Under the pieces are notes generated by a model, which ran no database searches, had not been told where the DNA came from, and saw nothing but the letters and a program-made list of their open reading frames with translations. Position numbers and translations under genes: made by a program. Positions 49,277 to 60,946 of a stretch of DNA of 64,000 nt are shown here, in pieces. The stretch lies in the NCBI GenBank assembly GCA_013265495.1, contig MU057560.1:3160909-3224908 (forward strand), given 5' to 3'. The first letter of the stretch is position 1; each line of letters opens with the position of its first letter. This DNA comes from Vicugna vicugna. Lineage: Eukaryota.

Positions 49277-49845
49277 CTGCGGGAAGAGCGGAGACGCTGG
49301 AGGGGGCCCCTCGGATCCAGAGGGGGCGACCGGAGGGGGCGGAGGTGACCCCGTCCGCAGTCACCAGGGCAAACCCAGCGCTCAGCCAGCCCGTGTCAGG
49401 ACCTCGGGTAGGTCTGCTGAAAGCGAGCTCAAGGCCCTGACATCCGCCACCAAGAGCCAGTCCTATTTACTAAACACGTGGAAGGCAATTCGGACAGGAA
49501 GTGCGCCCTGCTCTCGCGGGAATGGTGGCGTGCCTGTCTGACGGGGTCCTGAGCCCAGCTTTTTGAAGACCGTTCATCGTGGTGTTTGAAGCTCCTGACA
49601 CAGGGAGACGGCGCAGGTCAAGCAGCACCGCCACTCAGCGTGAGGCGCGCCTGTGACCACGCACGCACTTCTGATTTACAAAAGGGCTTTCGAAGAAGTT
49701 GGTTCTCCTTTATTTTCACCATAAAAACCTCCTTCCCCAAACCTACCGTGACAGTTCTCGTAACAGCAACATAACTGTAACTAACTCAGTAGTTCTTTCC
49801 TACCCTGCACAGCCTTTCTTTCCAAGGGGATGTACACACATCTAC

Positions 49846-50195
49846 TGTCACAGGCTGACGTGTGTCCCCCCAGGATCTGTATGTGGAAGCCCAGACCCCA
49901 GGGCGGCGTCTCTGCAGACGGGCCTCCAAGGAGAGAAGCCTGAGCGAGATCGGACGGGGGGCCCTGACCCGACAGGACTGCTGTCCCTGTGAGATGCGGC
50001 CCCGAGCTGGTCTCCACCCGAGGACGAGCTGCAGAGCCGGCCACTGGGCAGTCAGGAGGAGAGTCCTCACCAGGCACTGAACCCCCCGGAGCTTTGATCC
50101 TGCACATCCCGCCTCCAGAACTCTGAGAACATACGTTTCTGTTGTTTAAGCCCCAGCCTATGGTACTTTGTTACTGCAGCCTGAACTAACGTAAT
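49846..50195 (+). mobile_element. MLT1 (MaLR) solo LTR
   Basis: tgtcacaggctga..gtgtcccccc.. start and cctccagaactctgaga..tttctgttgtttaagcc..tggtactttgttactgcagcc end. Confidence 0.85.
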
Positions 50196-51317
50196 TATTA
50201 CAATAAAGGAGTGTCATTCATACCGCTGTTCCTTTTTTAAAGAAACCATGTATCTAATCCATGCAGTTTGCATTCATGTCCTTAAGGAGACAATTGAAAG
50301 GTTAAAAAAATAACAAAACAAAACAAACCTTTTTTTTTAAAAAAAAACAAGGTTTGCACTAAATTACACTTTAATAATCTTTCAGACATGGGTTTAATCA
50401 TGGTTTCATTAAACAGACAGAAGGATGTGACGGAAGGGAAGGAACCGGAGACGACATAAAACAGCCCTGCACATTCAGGGCCGAAGCCGCCAGAGCAGGG
50501 TCCCTGACCGCACAGCCCTGTCTTTCCGTGAGCACACATCCCGGCCAGGTGTCAGTCCCGCCTTGGGGAGGCTGCCTGGGTCAGAACACAGGGGCCTTTA
50601 CAGCCACGTGCGTCCCCGTCTCCACGTCCTGCTCCAGAGCCCTGGCTCAGAGATCCCACCTGGGGGTCGGGGGGCCGGGGAAACAGGGCATAAAGTCTAC
50701 AGCTCCTGCCCTCCTTCCAAAGGAACTCACTCCGTTTCCAACAGAACTTGGAGCAGTCCAAGGTCGTGGGCCCAGAACAACGGATGTTTTGGTAAAAGAC
50801 CACCGAAGGAGCGTCCCGGGGTGGACACAGGCTGAGCTGTCGGCCGGCTCGCTCTCAGGAGAAACCCCGGGAGCGATGCAGCCAGAAGGGGCCCCCTGGG
50901 CTCGGCTCAGAGCTCGGACGCTGGCCCAGGAGCCGGGGCTGGTCTGGCCTTCTCACCGCAGGGTTTCAGTGACGTCTCTGCAGGTTGGACAGCAATGCCT
51001 CTTATTTCCAGTCTAGTTCTGTTCACATTTAGAACTGAAAACAGCATTTCTCCTTCTAGTGACTGACCCTTCGCGGAGGCCCGACGGACACCTTTCCACA
51101 GTCAGAACCACTCCCGGCGGCAAACCAGCTCTCCTCTGACCACGGACTTCTCCCGGTGCTTACCTCGTGTTGCCGTCATCACTGACTGTTGCTGCTTTTG
51201 CACACGCGGAACCCGCCTGGACGGAGGGCCTGCACTTTGGGGAGGCCAAGGGGGCGTCACCGGCTGGTGAGGCTGCAGGGTTTCTCAGCGACTCCATGTC
51301 GGACGAGGGACACACAC

Positions 51318-51438
51318 CTCAGCCCTTCTGCCCCCGCTCTGCACCGCGAGATCCGGACGGGGGCAGCGACAGGGCGTCCAGCCAGCGCTTCTCGTACTTT
51401 GGTTCATCACCTGCGAGCGAGGGAGGTGAGGACGGGGC
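51318..51438 (-). pseudogene. SNTG2: SNTG2 exon 9 equivalent (121 nt) with 7-nt deletion frameshift and premature TGA at 51321-51319
   Basis: Acceptor tcttgcacag|GCC, donor GAG|gtgtgt. The first 28 codons read APSSPPSLAGDEPKYEKRWLDALSLPPS. The homologous tail RISRCRAGAEGL(R) lies in a different frame. Confidence 0.9.
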
Positions 51439-52574
51439 CTGTGCAAGACGGACGGGAAGCGACAGGCACAGAGTCGGTGGAGAGCAGGCCGGGCCCCCAG
51501 CCCCCAGACACACATTAAACACGTTTCAGCTGCTGCAAGAGCAGGTGCGGCCGTGTGCCCAGAGATCCGGGAAGAAATACGTCCTCTTCTACCTGAATTT
51601 AAATGATGTTCTTCCTCTAGTTTTAAAAACAAAATGCTGCCCCAAAGAGAGGAGAGTCACGAGGGAGGGGAGGGAGAGAGACTACAGCTGGAAGGAATTT
51701 CAGGGACGTGACGAAGGCTCTGGGTCCAGGGAAGCCGTGAGCCACCTCCCCGACCTGGAAGGTCAAACTGGAGAGAGCTCGAAGCCAGGACACAGCACAC
51801 AGTGATACACAGAAACACTGACAACGTGCTGATGTCGCCCAGGCCACACAACCGGGCTTATGCACGAACGGCAAAGACCTCAATGTCCACCCGATGGACG
51901 TGAGCAGCAGGGAAGCCGCTGGGGATGGGGAGCCAGGTCCCTCCCCAGCAGGGCCTGCAGGTGCGAGGAAGGTGTGTGGAAATGTGAATGAAGCCACGCA
52001 AACAGCCCCATTTCCAGACAAACAACCCGCAGGTGCCCAGTCAGCAAACTGCCGGGTCCTGGGCCTGAGGGAGGACACAGCCCTGGGCCCAGGTGGCTGC
52101 ACCTCGCCGGACGCCAGATACTGAGTCTGCTTCACAGGGAAGCGTCCTCACAGCAGCCGGGCCAGGAGTGAGAAAGGCAGGTTTTCCCGGAACCTTCCAT
52201 CCAGGAACAGAGCAGAACAGGGTACGAATCCCCAACATACAGCAAACACACTAATGAAGACGGCGAAACCGATCGGCCCCGAGGGCTCCACCAGAGAGGC
52301 TCACGCCCGGGGAGGCCGCACAGACTTCGGTCCCTGTGTGCCGACCCCCAGTGCCCAGAACGCGGGAAACGGTCTCACGGATGAAAACAGGGGCCTGCGG
52401 GGCGGCGGTGCTGGCAGCGTGCTCCTCTCAGAAGAGTAAGGCCGTTCAGGATGCGTGGGTGTGAGAATACCCCAGAGCTCCCACCTCGGGAATCCAGCAG
52501 GGCCCGAGAACTGCCCTGACAGCCAGGATGCCCTCCTCAGACCAGACTTCCCACGAGTCTGTGTTGGACAGTCT

Positions 52575-52870
52575 CTGGCTGGACAGCGCCCCTACCCCAG
52601 GATGAACATATTGGGTCCCAATCCCTGGAACCTGGCACCTCATTTAGACAAAGGGTCCTGGCCACGTGATTAAATTAAGGACATGGAGCTTGGCATTGAC
52701 CCCGGATTACCTGGGTGCCCCCGAAAAGCTACTGCAGCCATCCTCACAAGAGGGAAACAGACGGAGACCACAGAGCGGGAGAGCAGGGCCCCGTGAGGAC
52801 AGAGGCTGAGTCAGGAGCAGTGTGGACACACCACAGGGGGCCTCCTGCCGCCTGATTTCAAGCCCTGGAG
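52575..52870 (+). mobile_element. MLT1C/D-like MaLR LTR fragment
   Basis: tccctggaacctg..gtgattaaattaaggacatggag..ggattacctgggtgcccc..atcctcacaagaggga. Confidence 0.7.
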
Positions 52871-54774
52871 GCTGGATTTGGGTCCCCCCCAACATTCTTT
52901 ATTTAAGTGTATTTATTAATTCCATGGCCCGTAGCTCGGAAGCAAAGGCATTGCAACAGACGTCTAAGCGAGATTTTACGACTGCTCCTCCGTTGCCATC
53001 TTTCTGCAGCTGCGTTCTAACGCCTGCTGTGGGATTTGCTGGTGCACACATGAGCACGGAAGACTCAGAGCCAGCACTCAGGGTGGACTTCCTACTGGCC
53101 TTCCTGAGCGACCGTCTGTCTACACCACGGCTGCCCCAGGTAAGGACTCATCATTCACGACACGCCGCGGCCCGTCTCCAGCCACCAGCTTCATCACCGT
53201 CAGCTGCAGTCACCACACCACGTCCACGGTGCGAGGGTTCTTCACACACAGTTTCCCTGAGGTTTGCGGAGCGCGGTGGGCTGCGCGCTGACTCACACCT
53301 GTGACCACAGCGTGCGTCCTCACCAGAGTTATTGGAATCCTGCTGCAGCACCACCACTGAGGTCATAATGATTCCAGGACACAATAAACATTATTTAAAT
53401 GAGCAAAATAATACGGATTGTTTTATAAAATCATTTAAGTTTACTCTTCAAAACATACCAGAAGAAGCAATTTCCTACTACGAAAAACAACTTTTCTTCT
53501 ATAAAATCAGGCTGCACTTCGTAAGCCCTGGGCGCATTTTAGCATCAGACTGTGAGGTTTTAAAGGAAGCTTCCGGTTCCCTCTCCCTGGGAGCTCTTCT
53601 GCCCCAGGGGCCCCTGCCCAGCCCAGAGTTTCAGGTCAGACCTGATGCAACTTTCCTCTAGAATATTTTGTAGAACCCAGAGGCTGAAGGGGGCCGCCAG
53701 GTCTCCGCAGGGCAGACGAGTCCTCTTGACGGCAGGTCCAGGGCCACGGGGGAGGAGGGCAGAGCCTGGCTGGGGTCACCTCCCAGCTCGCTCCACCCCT
53801 GCATCCCTGCGGGACCCACGCTGCCCGCCCTCTGCCTCTGCAAGGCCCGAGGTCTGGGGGAAGCATCTCGGGAAGGAGCCCGAGCTTCCCCTCCCGACGG
53901 GACACCAGCAAAGCGGGCCGGGACAGGCCTTCCAGAACCGGCAGTCACGGCTCCGTAAGCTCAAGTCCTGGCGGCTTCACCTCTGGGGGCGGGTCCCAGG
54001 CTGAGGGACGGTCACCTCCTGCAGAAAGCAGAGATCACGATTCTAATTTCAGCCCCAAATGGCACATCCGCTGAACAGCCTGCGGAGGTGACGAGGTGTG
54101 TTCCTCCCAGCGGGGTTGGACCTGTCAGCTCCCCTGAAGGACCCGCCACGGAGCAGAGCTCGGGGAACTCGGGGTGACACCCCCCATCGACTCCAGAGGA
54201 GGGGCACCAGAACACGTTTCCCTGTATGTGACTCACGATGCAGCCGAAAGGTGCCAAGGAAATAGAGGAGACAGGCCGTCCTGGTTCTGAAACACTCACA
54301 CGTGCCCGACCACCTCACGGAGCCTTGACTCCGAGGGGCCTTGGTTCTGGGATGAAAGTTCTGAGTCGGAGCCCGTAGTAGTGTCAGTCTTTGCTGGAAG
54401 AGGATACACCGATTTTCCGGGTTCCCCCGCCGGCCAGGAAGCTTGTCTGGGACCTTCTGCCTGCAGGGCTGGGCACCACAGTGCAGGAGGAAGAGGGGAT
54501 CCCGCCGGCGGGAGTGCTAGCCCAGGACGCTGCAGGACAGCCACGCCCCACGCTGCCCCGAATTCTCCGAGATGAAGGTGAGCTGCAAACCGCCGAGCGC
54601 GCCTCCTGCTCAAATGCTCCAACTGTGCCCTCCGCCCGCACCTTCTGTGCTGGTGGAGAAGTCAGCCTCTTCTAGGAAAATCTTCAGTGCTTTGATACTT
54701 GACGTTCAAATGAGAAATCTGAAGCCGACTTCTGCGGTCTTACAGTCTTCGTGAGTGGTTGGGGGTGCCCCACT

Positions 54775-54960
54775 TTCTTCTTATATTTTTTAACTGAACT
54801 ATATTGAGGCATAAATTACAGAGTGATGAGGACTGACTAGCGCAGTTTGGTGAGGCCTGACATTCGTGTACACCTCCTGCGACCGAGCCCTGAATTACAA
54901 GAAAGGTTGACTCCACCCAGACACACAGCGTTCCCCACGAGGGACGCTCCCTGAGCCGGT
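54775..54960 (-). mobile_element. Old L1M 3' end, reverse orientation
   Basis: tatattgaggcataaattaca..cagtttggtgaggcctgacattcgtgtacacc. Confidence 0.55.
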
Positions 54961-57900
54961 GGGCAGGCACCTCCCCGGCAGCTCAGGTGGTCCCCGAGCT
55001 GACCTCCATCACACGTGACGCCTGCGTCCTCCTCACTTTAACGACGAGCTGGTCACCCTGACTCGTGTGGGCCCAGTGCTCACTTCGGGGACAGAGGTTG
55101 TGACTGCACTGTGACGTCCACGTGGCAGTTTTCCCTTCTTGCTGTCGTGACTCCCACGTGGTAACTTTTACTCCCTTTGGGGGTTTGGTCTCTGGCGTGG
55201 GTGACAGTCCAGGCCTCGCCCGTCCCTCCTCACTTGCTAAGCCCCCAGCCGGGTCCCTACTTCCCTGCCGCATCCCCACCGCATGTCCCCACGGAGGGTC
55301 TGAGAGACGGATCCGCTTCCAGAGGCCCCCATGCCACCCGTCCAACCCCTCGCTCGGCCCGAGAACCAGGCCCCCAGGATGGAGGGGACTCTCTGGGCTT
55401 TGTCCCAGGTGCAGCCTGTGGTCTCAGGCTCTGAACACAAAACAAACAAATATTTATTTAATATGACAGCACCTTAAGACATTAAAGCAAAGTATGTTTA
55501 GTCCCTTTTCACATGAAAATAAACGAGGGTTAAGACAGGCTCAGAGGAGCAACCCAGGGTTCCTACAGGATTTGACTTTTCGCCCAGAATGCTTATAATT
55601 TTCTCAGTTAAATAAATCACTGCTCAGTATTTTTATAGGAGTTTTAAAATACATGCATTCCTGCAAACCACAGCTTTCACGGTGCTGAACCTGCACGTCC
55701 GTCTCTGGGGGCAGCCTGGTCTCGCGTTGGCGCTGGCCGTCTCTGAAGGGACACAAGTGTGTTCTGTGCAGACACCACCCCCCAGCCAGCCCCGGCCCTG
55801 GTCTGAGCCGAGGGGCCACGTACAAGCGCATCTGAGCAAAGGAGTTCAAGAAGATGTGCCGCTTTGCGCAAATGAGGTTTACATGTTCTACGAAGCGTCC
55901 TGTCAGCTTTTAACCAAGTGTGTTTCTCACTAAAATAATTTTTGCCTGTTTTCCCTCCAAAGAGCAGCTCTTAAAGGCTCGATTAGCCATCAAATGCTAA
56001 CCATGACTGAGGGAGAAGCTTCATTCCACCCTCTTTCTGCAGCTAAACGAGGACATGCGTCTCAGGAGCAAAGCAGCAGAGCTGGGCCCCGTGGTTTTAG
56101 CCACAAAAATGTGTCAGTGATTTTTCTATTTGAACTTAATATATTTTTAGTGGAAAAGTTTAGTTTGTTATTTTAATGAAGTTAATTCATTAATTTTCTG
56201 AAGACAGCTAAGTACCTAAATGACTGAAGTTGTATAAATTTTTTATTATTACAGCAGTTAAGTAATTTAAAAGCAAATGAACCGATCTGACAACATACCA
56301 TTGTTATATTCTTCAAATTGAAATCATTGTTACGGTGATAAGATTGAAATCTTATAACATGAATGACGGGAAAAACAGGGCTTGATCTTAAACTCTGGGT
56401 GGTCGTGAATCAGGCCTGTTTGGAAGCCAGGTGAAGTCTTCACAGCCATCAGGCTCGATTTAAGCTGCAGGTGAACGAAACACTGAAGCACAGGGCGAGA
56501 AGAAGAGGGTGCAAATACTATCTTTAGAGAAACATGGTATTATTGAACAGGACGGGGGGCTCCCGAGGCGGAGCGGCGCTCTGGCGAGACTGGACCCGCA
56601 GAGTGCGGCACCGACGCCAGCAGAGGTGGGTCACTTTCTGTGTCAGGACTGTTGGGAACAGACCCGGTTCCCGAGAAAAAGACGGCACAAAAATTGTCGG
56701 AGAGAAAAACTGCTTCGCATTACGAGAGAAAAACAAGCATTTTGTGACGACAGTAATGGAGAAAAACAGGCGCATTTCAGACACAGACACTGAGCGGCTC
56801 CGCCAGGAGTGAGCGGGGTCCAGGACCAGGTCACCAGGCTCGGATTCCGACGCAGGTGCGCACTGGCTGTGCCCTGGTGTGCGAGCAGGCACGGCCGTGT
56901 CCCCCTGCTCAGCAAACTAAATTCCGGTGCCTCGGAGTTCACCCTCCTCCAGACAAAGAAGGTGACCGTGACGGATGTATGACATTGGAGGGGTTCCTGT
57001 AAAATGACTGCTGTGGAAAATGCGGCTCTTGTAACGAATTCTATCACGAAATGCAGCTACACACGTGAGGAGAAAGGTGCAGTCGTCCATGCCCTTTCCT
57101 TCCACGGATCGTCATTCCAGCACCTGGCGTGTAGGATTTACTTTTCCATGCCTTTGTAAATGATCGTGTTTCTCGGCACAGACGCTTTTGAAAATTAGTA
57201 TCATGCCAGTACGTTCCAGTCATTAAACAACCTTACTAAAACCCATTTTAAAACACTGGAAAGTCTCATCCCGTGAATCGCTCACCGTGGAACTCATTAC
57301 TTCCCCGCTCCTGAGAAGCTGGGTGGACTCACTCCTCCTCAAGCACATGTTGAATGTCCTGTCGTTCATTCCTGATGTGGCATTGCTACGTCGAAGGTGA
57401 AAGGACCCAGAACAGTCTCAGCGCCAGCGGCCGGACGCCCTCCCGACACACGGCCGCCCCGCGCTGGACGGCCCGGCCGCCCCTCCAGGAGGACGGCATC
57501 GGGGACCACCGCCCAGCGCCCTCCGCGGAGCCTCCCGGTCAGGGTCTCTCGTCACCTCTGCGCTGCCGTGTCCCCGAGCCGTAGGCCCCGCTGACCGGCT
57601 GGGGCTCGGATGCCTCCCGGGAGACCAGCCTCTGTCTCCCCAGCCCCGGTGGTCTGTAACAGGCTTACCGTTTCTACGTAGCTATGTGACGTTTTTCTAA
57701 ATTCCTTAGCAGTAAGGTAGCTATGCACTGTCTTCTGCCAAGTAAGCCTTCTTCAGTCCAAGGTGATTCTAAGTGATTTATTTAAATTTCTGGCAGCTTT
57801 TTCCCTTCTAGCTGCTGTATGAAAGTTTGAAACACACAGTCAGCGTGACACACACACTCCTGTGCACACGTATCTACGCTTGCTTGTGAAGCAGAAACTA

Positions 57901-58539
57901 CCTGCAGCCCGTGATCTCCCAGGGGACTCACGACTCAGAACACTCCTGATGCCCCCGGCTCCATGGGCCCCGCCTCCCCCACAGCAGCACCCTGAATTCT
58001 CAGCAGATGCAGGTTCCATGCAACACGGATGATAAAATGCAGGGGCCTCTTTAAGCAGCAGAACACAGAGTGAGTGTGCAGCCAGACGCTGCGACCGGCT
58101 GCCAAACCCACCCCAGCAGGCCCGCCCTTGGCTGGAACACAAAACGCCCACCCCATGTGGCCCCAAGTGCGGTGCTGGGGAACCACCGACGCTGCAGAAA
58201 CGGGCGGCCAGTGAGGACGTGTCGCTGCCCCGGCCCCGCAGAGCCGAGTCCTTGCCCGTCTTCTCCTCCTGACCAACACTTCAAGCCATTTCCAGGCTTC
58301 TGCCTCAGAGAACATTCTTGCGCGCATCCCCCAGGGCACAGGCAAGTGGCGCTCTGGTCTGCCCCGGAGGGCACTTCCAGCGGGTTACCCGGCGCGCCAG
58401 GCTGTTTCCAAGGGGTCACACCTGCAGGGGGCCGTCGGTCAGTCCCCCTGCGGGCGGCCTTCCTGCCAGGCTCCGCCACAGGGGACGGACGTCGTCGTGA
58501 TGTGTGCGTTTCTTCTGCAGTCGTGAGCCTGAGAATCTC

Positions 58540-59330
58540 TTCGTATGGTCGTTACTCGTCTCCTTTTATGGAAATGCCTAACGGTACTTTGGTACATACT
58601 TCTATTGCGCTGCCTTCTATTTCAAATGGCAACTGTTCTTCTATTCTGAACAATAATTAATAATAATAAGTAGTTAAAACAAGTGTTGAGCTGCCTTTTC
58701 ACATTATTACAGTGTTTAACGAACAGAAGTCTTTAATGTCGTCAAATTCAGCTTTTTTAAAAGACGGACATTTCCAGTCCTCATTCTGAGGCCACAAAAG
58801 TATTCTGATTTACTTTCTAGGTGTTTACAGATTTGGCCTCATACACGAGCCTTTGGTCCACCTGAGACTGGTGTGCAGTTCAGGCGTCCATCTGGGTAAC
58901 ACGTTCATAGTTTTGAACAATCCACCTTCTCCCCCGCCGATCTCCAAAGCGCCCTCTGCGACACTCAGTTTTCTGCATACACTAAGGCCCGTTTACAGTC
59001 CCTCCGCTGCGTCCATCTTTCCTTGACGCTCTCACAGCCTTACTTGCCACATCTCCACCGTGAACACTGCTCTGGGGGACAAACCCCCAACTTCCTCAAT
59101 ACTACCCTGACTCGCCTGGCTCCCTGGTCCTTCAGAAATGTGGTGAATTTTCTTGTTCACGTCCACAAAGTGTCCTGGTGTAACGCGCACTGACGCTGCT
59201 TGGGACACACACACGTTTGGGAACCAGATCCTAAAGCCACAGACGCTACCAGGAAGAAATGGACACACCTGGCTATACTGAAAGTAACCTCTATTTATCA
59301 GGAGTTGGTGTAAATACAGTGGAAACACCA
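58540..59330 (-). mobile_element. Old L1M ORF2 fragment, reverse orientation
   Basis: gagctgccttttcacattattacagtgtttaacgaacagaagtctttaatg and ttgaacaatccaccttctcc motifs; boundaries approximate. Confidence 0.55.
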
Positions 59331-59639
59331 GCTGTGAACTGTGAGCAGAGAGCTGAGACCAAGAACCCATGAGGCATTAGCTCCCAGCGTACATGGGGAA
59401 CCCCAGTGCGTCAGGCAGGAGAAGACAGACAGGTAGGGGTGACGCCCCCCCCCAGGGAGGGGAAGGCAAAGCGAGCATCAGCAGGACCGGCCAACACGCC
59501 TCCTCAGTGACAGCCCGGGGGAAGCCGCTTCACACCCGCCTGCTCAGAAACCCGAGCCCACAGCACAGCCTGGAGAAGCCGGGTCACCTGGAGCCCCCTC
59601 CCCCTGCCTCTGGGAAGGCAGCCGGGACGCCGCTGTGAA

Positions 59640-60095
59640 GAGATGCTGTCATTACTTTGGAAACCAGGCCCTGGCATCCCAGGTCGGGGTCTGCAGTCGA
59701 GAGGTATTTATGAGCATGTTCACGGCAGCTCTGGGCTCAGCGACAGCAGGCTAGGAAAAAAGCAAGGAACACAGGCCAAATGCCTGGTGACGAGCGAGGA
59801 TCGGCAAATGACCCGCAGCACAGTCACACGATCACACACCACGGCCGGAGAAAACACGCGCACGCAGCCAGGCGCGCGCACGACAGCGGCCATGGGGCTG
59901 TGGGTGACGGCGGGTGCAGGCGCGAGTCCCCGACGGCCAGGCCAGAACGGCATTTCCCACGGCTCAAACAACACGGAACGGGGTACTCTTAGGGACCTAT
60001 ACATATGGATGAAGCACTGTTTTATCAAGGGGGTGACGACCTCAAGATCCAGGATGCAGTTTATTTCGGGCAGGCCGGAACACGGGGCGCGGGAG
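59640..60095 (+). mobile_element. L1ME/MC-like 3' end, GC-shifted
   Basis: gcatgttcacggcagctctg..ccaaatgcctggtgac..actcttagggacctatacatat. Confidence 0.5.
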
Positions 60096-60845
60096 TGACA
60101 CAAAAGCCGTGACAATGTTCCAGCTACCTGTTGTGTTGTGAGTCCGTGGTTGTCCGTTTTATTATTTGCTTCATAACTCACACAGGCCTGATGTCAAGAA
60201 CTACTGCAAAGGGTCAAACTGAAAGAGAGCGGCCTTTGTGCCAACACGAGGCTCCCTCTCTGGCTCTGCCTGCAGGTGAGGTAGCTGGCCGTCTGCCAGT
60301 CGAGTGGGTACAATTTCCCACAAAACATCTGTCCTGCTGCTTACGGGATTCCAATCCGTATCCGCCAACCGCCCAGTGGACGATGAGGTCCCACCCAGCA
60401 GGGTCTGGGTCAGGCCAGGTCTCCCTGGGGGGGCACCAGCCTGGGCTCCTCTGTGGCCCCCCATCCCCACCCCCGTTTTTGCTCAGCTCCGTTTTTCTCG
60501 GGAAGGTGAAGATTTGGAGCCCGATGGGAACTCACTGCAAGCACGCAGCCTCACACTTCCTAGGTAGTTTCTGTTAATTCTGGAATAAACTGCTTTCTCG
60601 AGAGTCTGGTGGAAGCCTGCTGAACAGAACCCCTGCAGTCAGGCTTCCCAGGAGAAGCAGAACCGGGACCCAGAGCAAGGACCCCTACCTGCTCACGAGA
60701 CACTATGACGCACGAGCTTAAGGTGCCCTGCGAGGGCGGCCCAGGCGGCCCCGGTGGGAATCATGCCCACGGAGGCGCATCCTGGACCCTGTCTCTGGAA
60801 GAGGGGGGACTCGGTTAAGCCAAAGGTCAGGAGGGGCGCACTTAC

Positions 60846-60946
60846 TGTGGGGCCAGAGTTTCCGTTCAGATGCAAACCGCTGTCAAAGAGGGGTGAGGAG
60901 GTCCCACTGCCACCGGCGTCAGGGTCGCTGGGTGGTCCCGTGGGCC
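60846..60946 (-). CDS. SNTG2: SNTG2 exon 8 equivalent (101 nt, intact): (G)PTGPPSDPDAGGSGTSSPLFDSGLHLNGNSGPT
   Basis: Acceptor tattctgcttgcag|GG, donor ACA|gtaagt; matches recalled human SSPLFDSGLHLNGNS; three codons longer than the human exon. Confidence 0.93.

Larger units (their letters stand above)
4503..60946 (-). pseudogene. SNTG2: Gamma-2-syntrophin locus, exons equivalent to human 8-17 (5' exons lie beyond the right edge); probable unitary pseudogene
   Basis: Ten minus-strand exons in the correct order and phase translate to SNTG2-like peptides (DSGLHLNGNS, YEKRWLD, DWLRAVSANI, CCSPGDQ, VVHMGW..FRPKFLALKG, LCEVLFKVH, PYCFSI, LWRFKFSQL, ELEFQDL..ARKYM). Gene identity is near certain; pseudogene status rests on four lesions listed separately. 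Confidence 0.9.

Noticed and set aside
51319-51321. Selenocysteine recoding of the exon 9 TGA
   Set aside because: The TGA lies in a frameshifted, non-homologous stretch; I recognised no SECIS in the short 3' UTR, and two splice lesions remain downstream.
56471-57594. Plus-strand exon-like segments (GERNTEAQGEKKRVQ.., GERTQNSLS..)
   Set aside because: No recognisable product and no consistent exon chain; antisense within intron 8.
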